In this document: one piece after another, positions 1 through 6,394 of the stretch
Layout of the letters: each line of letters begins with the position of its first letter
Numbering within the stretch: the first letter of the stretch is position 1
DNA from: a virus
Lineage: Duplodnaviria > Caudoviricetes
Direction: 5' to 3' (one strand)
DNA: 31,624 nt
Virus record (IMG/VR): IMGVR_UViG_3300027899_000648
Coordinates: 1 to 31,624 of that record
The notes under the pieces: generated by a model
The model's input: the letters and a program-made list of their open reading frames with translations, nothing else
The model's database searches: none
What the model was told of the DNA's origin: nothing
Translations under genes and position numbers: made by a program

Positions 1-1
1 A

Positions 2-193
2 GCAATCGAGCGTGCTTATAAAGCAAGCGGGATAGATCCTGCAACAATAGAACTGATTGAAGCGCATGGCACCGGTATCCCTCTTGGTGATAAAACCGAG
101 ATAGCTGCATTAAAAAGAATACTTGGCGAACGCAAAGGCAAGCAGGGAAGCGAGAGAGCGACAGGAAGAGATCGACAGGGTAGCACGGAATAA
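2..193 (+). pseudogene. Truncated fragment of a type I polyketide synthase ketosynthase (KS) domain; homology ends near 151
   Basis: Frame 2 reads AIERAYKASGIDPATIELIEAHGTGIPLGDKTEIAALKRILGERKGKQGS, containing the KS motif EAHGTGxxLGDxxE. The expected downstream GSVKS-x-IGH/ISH motif is absent and the frame stops at 191-193. Confidence 0.8.
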
Positions 194-359
194 AAGAGCA
201 CGTGCATTCAGAGAGAAGTTGAACCCGCATCCGTGCATCAGGAGAAAGACAGAGCAGAGGTGTTCACGCAGGCCGGGACTTACCTGTGACTTCACCAGGG
301 CGAAAGCGGTTAACTGTTCATACTTCCGTTCACGACTTGACAACGGGGTGAAGAGTTGA
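123..359 (+). CDS. Basic, Cys-containing hypothetical protein; 5' end uncertain because it overlaps the junction
   Basis: ORF track; Arg-rich with four Cys; same strand as the downstream viral operon. Confidence 0.4.
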   Translation: MANAKASREARERQEEIDRVARNKRARAFREKLNPHPCIRRKTEQRCSRRPGLTCDFTRAKAVNCSYFRSRLDNGVKS

Positions 360-382
360 CTTTCCACCCTATAGAATCAAAC

Positions 383-420
383 ACTGTAGTACAGTACTAC
401 AGTAGTACAGTACTACAGTA
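383..420. repeat. Inverted repeat overlapping a 16-bp tandem repeat (putative operator or origin element)
   Basis: ACTGTAGTAC-A-GTACTACAGT at 383-403 is a perfect 10-bp inverted repeat; GTAGTACAGTACTACA occurs at 386-401 and 402-417. Confidence 0.85.
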
Positions 421-430
421 CACCAGAGCT

Positions 431-450
431 GAGAGAGAGAGAGAGAGAGA
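431..450. repeat. (GA)10 microsatellite
   Basis: Directly visible, 10 nt upstream of the TTG start at 461. Confidence 0.95.
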
Positions 451-460
451 GGCGATCTGA

Positions 461-862
461 TTGAGTGATCGAAAGTTCATTCAATCGACTGTTACCTCTG
501 TTCGTGCTGAGTGGCAGGATATCCAGTTCTGTAAGGCTCTTAATGTTGCCCTTTCTGATGCTCTGAAATTAGGGATTCAGACTATCGCAGAAGTAAAATT
601 AAGAGAGGCATCACCGGACTTTACTCCTGATTTAATTGAACAATTCCTCGAAATGAAACGCAGGGACGCATCAAAACTCAAAGAATATCTCTCAAAATCA
701 GAAGGACAACAGCAACTCATTTCTGAAATCTTAGAAGACCGGAAGAAGAAGGCAATCCAGAGCAACGAGACAATCAAGGTGAGGAACATTGACACAGATG
801 AAATCGAGTATATCCAGGCATCGAAGTTTAACCAAACCCTTCATGTGAGGATGAAAGCATGA
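461..862 (+). CDS. Probable ribbon-helix-helix DNA-binding protein
   Basis: N-terminal TVTSVR strand followed by two helices (WQDIQFCKAL, NVALSDALKLGI) fits the RHH pattern; ATGA overlap with the next gene. Confidence 0.55.
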   Translation: MSDRKFIQSTVTSVRAEWQDIQFCKALNVALSDALKLGIQTIAEVKLREASPDFTPDLIEQFLEMKRRDASKLKEYLSKSEGQQQLISEILEDRKKKAIQSNETIKVRNIDTDEIEYIQASKFNQTLHVRMKA

Positions 863-1194
863 AAACCCCTCACACATCCAAGCGACCGCCACAGGTTGAA
901 ATTCCCTTATCCGTCATTCACGAACGAACCCGGGAATACATGCAGACAACCCCGCACTCAATCCGGAATGTCAACGATATCCTCTGGTCCTTCCCGGAGA
1001 AACTCGCAGAGAAACGTAACCAGGGCGACGGGTGGAAGTGGTCACAGGTAAAGAAGGGCATTTCAGATTACATGAACTCCGAGAAGATGAACACCGCATG
1101 GCGACTATCATCACCAGCCCATGAGGGAGCCGTGAAGTTATGGACCCGGATCCCCGCGACCACAGCAACGACAGCTGAGGAAGTGAGAGCATGA
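859..1194 (+). CDS. Hypothetical protein
   Basis: ATGA overlaps at both ends. Confidence 0.7.
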   Translation: MKTPHTSKRPPQVEIPLSVIHERTREYMQTTPHSIRNVNDILWSFPEKLAEKRNQGDGWKWSQVKKGISDYMNSEKMNTAWRLSSPAHEGAVKLWTRIPATTATTAEEVRA

Positions 1195-1418
1195 TAGACG
1201 GATCTTTGCAAATCTATCAGTGCCCGTTCTGTGGATACCGGCAGTCATCAGGTGCACGAATGGCATGTAAATGCAGGAATGAACAATGCGGGAGGACGTT
1301 CACCCCAAAGAATCAGCACATTGTTCCGGGGTTCAGGTCCCCGCCAGCGGATACTGCGTTCGTCACCGCAGACCAGATACCCCGTGGGAACTTTGCAAAG
1401 AGTGAGGCGAGGGAATGA
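1191..1418 (+). CDS. Small zinc-ribbon protein
   Basis: CPFCG and CRNEQCG motifs; ATGA coupled. Confidence 0.7.
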   Translation: MIDGSLQIYQCPFCGYRQSSGARMACKCRNEQCGRTFTPKNQHIVPGFRSPPADTAFVTADQIPRGNFAKSEARE

Positions 1419-1555
1419 AAATGGCAAAAGGGAAATGCAAGGTGTGCGGTCTTGAGTTTTCATTATCAGAACAGGCCCATACCGTATATCGCGAGTATTG
1501 CCCGAACCACTGGATGAACATGCTTGAGGACCACGACCTGGAGGCAATCGAATGA
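1415..1555 (+). CDS. 46-aa zinc-finger microprotein (not in ORF track)
   Basis: MKMAKGKCKVCGLEFSLSEQAHTVYREYCPNHWMNMLEDHDLEAIE; CxxC and CxxH; ATGA overlaps on both sides. Confidence 0.7.
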   Translation: MKMAKGKCKVCGLEFSLSEQAHTVYREYCPNHWMNMLEDHDLEAIE

Positions 1556-1830
1556 CCGCCGACTTATTCCTCATCCTGAACAATGAGGTAAAGTCAGGAA
1601 AACTCACGGAAGAACAATCAAAGATAATCGGTGAGAGATACCTGGATATTCAGGCGTTCGAATGGGCAACCGAAATGGAGAAATCTGAATTTTTTAAAGC
1701 ATTTATCGCACAAGTCGTTTACCCGGACGGAGATCCCGAAATGAAGGCATGGCAGGAGGCCGGCCGGAAGGACACGGTAAAGTTACTGGAGAAAATAGAA
1801 GGCCAGCAAACATTATTCACTGGGGTGTAA
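1552..1830 (+). CDS. Hypothetical protein
   Basis: ORF track; GGAGG upstream; ATGA coupled. Confidence 0.7.
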   Translation: MTADLFLILNNEVKSGKLTEEQSKIIGERYLDIQAFEWATEMEKSEFFKAFIAQVVYPDGDPEMKAWQEAGRKDTVKLLEKIEGQQTLFTGV

Positions 1831-1831
1831 C

Positions 1832-1999
1832 ATGCCGGAACAGGTAATCTTAAGCCACGATAACCCGTGGAATTTCCGTTGCCCGTTACCTCACTGTTGC
1901 GGGGTCTTGTGGGAGAAAGAGACGAACAACGAGAAGGAGAAATTATTCTATTGTGATACCTGCGGGAAGTCTTTCTTATGGTGCGAGGTTGACGCATGA
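1832..1999 (+). CDS. 55-aa zinc-ribbon microprotein (not in ORF track)
   Basis: MPEQVILSHDNPWNFRCPLPHCCGVLWEKETNNEKEKLFYCDTCGKSFLWCEVDA; starts 1 nt after the previous stop; ATGA overlap with the next ORF. Confidence 0.7.
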   Translation: MPEQVILSHDNPWNFRCPLPHCCGVLWEKETNNEKEKLFYCDTCGKSFLWCEVDA

Positions 2000-2163
2000 A
2001 AGTCAAATTCAACCTCATCAAACATAACGGTCACACGGCATACACCGGGGAACTTGAAGAGGAATCATTAAAACAATTTCTCCATGGGTCAGGGGCGTAT
2101 AAAATCCAGTATGAAAAAGACGGCATAACTCACGAGATAATAAGCGAGGAGTGGGTGATATGA
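1996..2163 (+). CDS. 55-aa hypothetical microprotein (not in ORF track)
   Basis: MKVKFNLIKHNGHTAYTGELEEESLKQFLHGSGAYKIQYEKDGITHEIISEEWVI; ATGA overlaps on both sides. Confidence 0.65.
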   Translation: MKVKFNLIKHNGHTAYTGELEEESLKQFLHGSGAYKIQYEKDGITHEIISEEWVI

Positions 2164-2321
2164 GATTCATACTCGTAGACAGTGAAATTCTCATTGGGAC
2201 CGCCGATACCAAAGAGGCCGTTAAACGCATGAGTACCATCCACTTCAACGATACCGGCCGGCATCCGCAGGTGTATTGCAATATCGCGGGTAAAATTACA
2301 CCGTGGGGTGAGACGGCGTGA
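2160..2321 (+). CDS. 53-aa hypothetical microprotein (not in ORF track)
   Basis: MRFILVDSEILIGTADTKEAVKRMSTIHFNDTGRHPQVYCNIAGKITPWGETA; ATGA and GTGA overlaps. Confidence 0.65.
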   Translation: MRFILVDSEILIGTADTKEAVKRMSTIHFNDTGRHPQVYCNIAGKITPWGETA

Positions 2322-2569
2322 CGGGGCAATGGGTAGCCTCATGCAGACGTAACCGCCGAACCGGCCTGCATACCGTCCACTATCAGGTGGAACCCGGAAA
2401 GAACCTATGCGGAAGAGTATCAGAGAGAACCATACCAGCTGATGTTAACGGCCCATGGGATCCCGAAGACCCGAACACCTGTTCAATATGCAGGAGCTGG
2501 TACCTGTTATTTTACGCCAATTGCACCAATACTTCCAACACGCCATTAGTGAATGGTAAAACCCCATAA
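2318..2569 (+). CDS. Small putative zinc-binding protein
   Basis: H...LCG...CSIC pattern; GTGA coupled; GGTGA upstream. Confidence 0.65.
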   Translation: MTGQWVASCRRNRRTGLHTVHYQVEPGKNLCGRVSERTIPADVNGPWDPEDPNTCSICRSWYLLFYANCTNTSNTPLVNGKTP

Positions 2570-2571
2570 TA

Positions 2572-2587
2572 TCTCTCCTCTCTTTTT
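2572..2587 (+). terminator. Pyrimidine/oligo-T tract, possible archaeal-type terminator
   Basis: TCTCTCCTCTCTTTTT directly after the stop at 2569 that ends the coupled gene chain. Confidence 0.4.
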
Positions 2588-2594
2588 AGAATAC

Positions 2595-3434
2595 ATGGCA
2601 AATCAGAATCGGTGGTGGAAATTAAACCCATCGAATCAAAGGAAACTCGTTTCATATTGCACCATTGCCCTGGTTGCAGTAGGATGTGTCTTCGGTGCCA
2701 GTGCCCAGGCGGCATCAGTTGACATATCCATGATGAGTAAGGCGGATCACATCGGGGCAAAAACAACCCTGAACTGGGCCGTAAGTAACCAGGGCCTCAA
2801 CTGTCCCAAACCACTCCCCGCCGGTGCAGAGATAATCATGGGACAATACCAGGACTCATTCATCGGTGAGAACGCCACCTACATGGCAACCACCAGCCTG
2901 AACAATCTCGAAATCATCCAGCAGGACACCGAGCGAATGGTGACCATGGAGAACGGGATCTATACTGAAGAGTTCGCATACTTCGGGGCGGGTAATTCTG
3001 CCAATCCCTTGATGACATGCGGCGACTGGGGAACCAACGCAGCGGCATTAGGACTCTCACCCACTGATATCGTCAACGGCAGCAACCCGAACGAGAACAG
3101 TGCAACCGCATACTGCGAGATAGTGATTGGTAAGAACTTCATGAGCAACGGGGAGATGAAATACCAGTCACAGGGCCGGATAACAGCACTCGATATAACA
3201 CCCGATAAGGTAGAGTTCCAGGCACTATCAGAAGGCAACCTCGGGATAGGGTCCATGTCAGTTGCAGGTACCTCAATGGCAGGACTGTTCAACACCTCAA
3301 CACTAGGATACACCAACGACTTCCACCAGTCACAGATGACACATGGCAACTACCAGATGAGCGAGGCGTTCACCTGGAGTTCATTCCGTAACACGTGGGA
3401 CTTTCCAGAGAACCTCCCGGAGACAACCGGGTGA
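2595..3434 (+). CDS. Secreted or surface protein with signal peptide (ORF track start 2553; ATG 2595 preferred)
   Basis: Basic n-region, hydrophobic IALVAVGCVFGA, AQA-A cleavage-like site; acidic, Ser/Thr/Asn-rich mature part. Confidence 0.7.
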   Translation: MANQNRWWKLNPSNQRKLVSYCTIALVAVGCVFGASAQAASVDISMMSKADHIGAKTTLNWAVSNQGLNCPKPLPAGAEIIMGQYQDSFIGENATYMATTSLNNLEIIQQDTERMVTMENGIYTEEFAYFGAGNSANPLMTCGDWGTNAAALGLSPTDIVNGSNPNENSATAYCEIVIGKNFMSNGEMKYQSQGRITALDITPDKVEFQALSEGNLGIGSMSVAGTSMAGLFNTSTLGYTNDFHQSQMTHGNYQMSEAFTWSSFRNTWDFPENLPETTG

Positions 3435-3469
3435 ACAAATCGTTTCGAAACTTTTTGGAGACACAGAAA

Positions 3470-3838
3470 ATGGCAATTGATATCAGTATAATCCCGCCGG
3501 CAGTCTTTGACGCATGGTGGGCACTCATCATCGCCGTCATTGCAGCGGCAATCGCATGGATGCAGAACAGTCAGAAGAAAGAAGTAATTTCATTCTTCAC
3601 CCCGGGGGACCAGACGGTAATGGCGCCACCCGCCGGAGTAGAAGGTAAGACCTGGAAGATGGATGCAGCCACAAAGGACTGGTTAACATGCGACCTCACA
3701 CCGGAGAATAAGGCACTGGCACTCGCACAGGTAGACTCCAACGAGGCAGCCGGGAAGATTGAGTACACAATCGTCCTGCCAAATCAGGTATACTGGATTG
3801 AATACGGTCTCATCAAGGGATCGACATCACAGGGATAA
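3470..3838 (+). CDS. Membrane-anchored protein with one N-terminal TM helix (ATG 3470 preferred)
   Basis: WWALIIAVIAAAIAW hydrophobic segment; GGAG upstream of ATG 3470. Confidence 0.7.
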   Translation: MAIDISIIPPAVFDAWWALIIAVIAAAIAWMQNSQKKEVISFFTPGDQTVMAPPAGVEGKTWKMDAATKDWLTCDLTPENKALALAQVDSNEAAGKIEYTIVLPNQVYWIEYGLIKGSTSQG

Positions 3839-4230
3839 ACCACCCTGTTTCTTTCTGGCGGGTTCACTGTTCCTTTCAGGAAGATTACCCCGGAACGGCG
3901 AGGGGCTGCTTTTCGCCACCTTGATCACAGAACCAAACCCGACCGGGGAACCATAGCCAGACGAGACAACACTAAAAAAGGAGTTGAAAGCCCCCTTATC
4001 ACCGGCTTTCGTCTGGTTATCAGAACATCATCAAAAGAGGCGGGGTTCGTGTATCGCAACTTTCGGGTATTCATCGCAAATCATCCTTGTAACAGAATCA
4101 TAAACTATCTGCATTACCCTCATGAAATGCAAGCCAAATCGCAACCAGTGTACATCCAGCAAGTCAGGCAGCAATAGGAACCCAGATACAATAATTGTGT
4201 ATTGACCCTCACAAGGTCACCCCGCATTCA

Positions 4231-4401
4231 ATGCCCCCTCCGCGTAAAGCATACCAGCCAGAGAAGCCATCAGAAGAACTCTCTACTGTAAAAGTTTTGA
4301 AATTCTTATTCGACCTGGTAGACGGAACATCCGATCCGAAGTGCAACGCCGCCTACCTGCAGGTAATGGCAGAAGTTAATTCAGGACGGTTGGACGCATG
4401 A
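4231..4401 (+). CDS. Small hypothetical protein (ORF track start 4195)
   Basis: MPPPRKAYQ...SGRLDA; stop overlaps the next ATG. Confidence 0.5.
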   Translation: MPPPRKAYQPEKPSEELSTVKVLKFLFDLVDGTSDPKCNAAYLQVMAEVNSGRLDA

Positions 4402-4490
4402 CCGGAACCATTGCAATATATTACCTTCACAGTGACGACGGCACCACAAAGGTATACCGGAAGGCAACAGTTGGAGGATTAAACACATGA
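4398..4490 (+). CDS. 30-aa microprotein (not in ORF track)
   Basis: MTGTIAIYYLHSDDGTTKVYRKATVGGLNT; ATGA overlaps at both ends. Confidence 0.45.
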   Translation: MTGTIAIYYLHSDDGTTKVYRKATVGGLNT

Positions 4491-4579
4491 CATTCCTCGA
4501 AGGCATCATCCTTGCCGTAATAGGCATCGGACTGGTATACGGTGCATTGCAGTTCTTCGTATGGATGGTGAGAAGGTAA
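4487..4579 (+). CDS. 30-aa single-TM microprotein (not in ORF track)
   Basis: MTFLEGIILAVIGIGLVYGALQFFVWMVRR; GGAGG at 4473-4477; ends 2 nt before the terS ATG. Confidence 0.6.
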   Translation: MTFLEGIILAVIGIGLVYGALQFFVWMVRR

Positions 4580-4581
4580 CT

Positions 4582-5055
4582 ATGGCTCGTCCTTCAAAAT
4601 ATGATCCCGAACAGCATCCACAATGGGCCGAAGGATTAGCCAAACTCGGAAAAACAGAAGCAGAGATCGCGGTTGAATTTGGGGTAAATGTTGATACTAT
4701 CACCAATTGGAAGAAATCACACCCGGAGTTTCTCGTATCCTTAAAGGTGGGTAAATCAGCAGCGGATGTAAAAGTTGAAGCATCTTTGTATAAACGGGCA
4801 TTAGGATATGATTTGGACGTTTTAGAAACAACTGAATATCCTGATGGAGGACTTCAGGTTAAGAAAACAACAAAGCATATCGCACCCGATACAACAGCCC
4901 AAATATTCTGGTTAAAGAACAGGAAACCGGACGAATGGAGAGATAAACAACAGACGGAGATCACCGGGAAAGACGGCGGGCCCATTCTCCTGAACAACCT
5001 ATCAGACGAGGAGGTGGAAAGGCGTGCTCGTGAAATCCTCTCAAAGCGCCAGTGA
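4582..5055 (+). CDS. terS: Terminase small subunit
   Basis: MARPSKY start, HTH (TEAEIAVEFGVNVDTITNWKK), SLYKRALGY, PDTTAQIFWLKNRKPDEWRDK; directly upstream of TerL. Confidence 0.9.
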   Translation: MARPSKYDPEQHPQWAEGLAKLGKTEAEIAVEFGVNVDTITNWKKSHPEFLVSLKVGKSAADVKVEASLYKRALGYDLDVLETTEYPDGGLQVKKTTKHIAPDTTAQIFWLKNRKPDEWRDKQQTEITGKDGGPILLNNLSDEEVERRAREILSKRQ

Positions 5056-6316
5056 TACCGATATACTCCGGGAGTATGCGTCAAGGTGGACGTTCCAGGC
5101 ACATCAAGGACAAATCCCACCGAAGGATAAAGCATGGTTCTGCTACCTCATGCGTAGCGGAAGAGGCGGGGGGAAGACCCGGGCAGGTTCTGAATGGGTA
5201 TTGCAGCGGGTAAGAGACGGATACAAAAGCATTGCTCTAATCGGTGCCAACGCCGCTGACGTTAGAGATATTATGATAGAATTAGGCGAATCATCCATCT
5301 GCAAGGTAGCACGCCCGGATGAGATACCAACCTACGAACCCTCGAAGAGACGTTTAACCTTCCCGAATGGTGCCGTTGCAGTTGCCTTTTCAGATGAAAC
5401 CCCAGACCAATTACGGGGACCACAGACCGACACCGTCTGGATAGACGAGTTAGCCAAATTCAAGAACCCGCAGGAAACATGGGATAACATGATAATGGGT
5501 TTGAGATTAGGCAAGAACCCGCAGGTATTTATTACAACAACACCACGCCCAACGAAATTATTAAAGGAATTACTCAAAGCACCCGATACAATAGACGTTA
5601 GATTCTCAACCTTCGATAATGCAGATAATTTAAGCCCTAAATTCTTGGCGAAAGTAAAAGAGAAATACGAAGGAACCCGGTTAGGCAGGCAGGAACTCGA
5701 AGGGGAAATCCTTGATGACAACCCGTATGCACTATGGCAAAGGGAAACAATCGAAGGGTTACGCATCAGGCCCGACCAATGCCCGCAACTCATCAGGGTT
5801 GTAATAGGTGTAGATCCCGCCGTCACCAGTGGTGAAACTTCAGACGATACCGGGATAATCGCAGCGGGAATGGGAGTTAACGGGCATGGATACATTTTAG
5901 GCGATAATACCATCCACGGAACGCCGCACGATTGGGCATTAGAAGTCGTTAAATCATTCAGGAAATATCAGGCCGATATGGTGATAGGTGAAGTGAATAA
6001 CGGCGGTGATTTAGTAGAAGTCAACATCAGAACGGTAAACCCAAACATCCCGTTTAAATCCGTGCATGCATCCAGGGGAAAGGCAATCAGAGCGGAACCC
6101 GTATCAGCAATGTATGAACAAGGCAGGATTCACCATGTGGGAACCTTCCCGGAACTGGAAGATCAGCTTTGCGAATGGCAACCAGGGGATAAGAGCCCGG
6201 ACCGACTGGATGGGATGGTATGGAGCGTATGGGAACTATTCAACCTTGGGGAAGATACGTTAAGTCAGGAAGTAATCAGCCATTACCCCGGCGATTATTC
6301 CATCAGCCCGATTTGA
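5024..6316 (+). CDS. terL: Terminase large subunit
   Basis: Walker A GRGGGKT, Walker B VWIDE, TTTP coupling motif, RNase H-like IGVDPA and DRLD. Confidence 0.95.
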   Translation: MLVKSSQSASDTDILREYASRWTFQAHQGQIPPKDKAWFCYLMRSGRGGGKTRAGSEWVLQRVRDGYKSIALIGANAADVRDIMIELGESSICKVARPDEIPTYEPSKRRLTFPNGAVAVAFSDETPDQLRGPQTDTVWIDELAKFKNPQETWDNMIMGLRLGKNPQVFITTTPRPTKLLKELLKAPDTIDVRFSTFDNADNLSPKFLAKVKEKYEGTRLGRQELEGEILDDNPYALWQRETIEGLRIRPDQCPQLIRVVIGVDPAVTSGETSDDTGIIAAGMGVNGHGYILGDNTIHGTPHDWALEVVKSFRKYQADMVIGEVNNGGDLVEVNIRTVNPNIPFKSVHASRGKAIRAEPVSAMYEQGRIHHVGTFPELEDQLCEWQPGDKSPDRLDGMVWSVWELFNLGEDTLSQEVISHYPGDYSISPI

Positions 6317-6394
6317 GGATGCAACTATGAACACTACACCACAAACACATTCTAACAAGAAAACTCCGGGAAAAAAAGGTTTTGGAGGCAGGAT

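Noticed and set aside
383-450. CRISPR array or mini-array
   Set aside because: The repeats are 16 bp and directly adjacent, with no unique spacers.
3840-4200. tRNA gene in the structured gap
   Set aside because: No cloverleaf with correctly spaced D-loop, TTC-containing T-loop and acceptor stem could be built.
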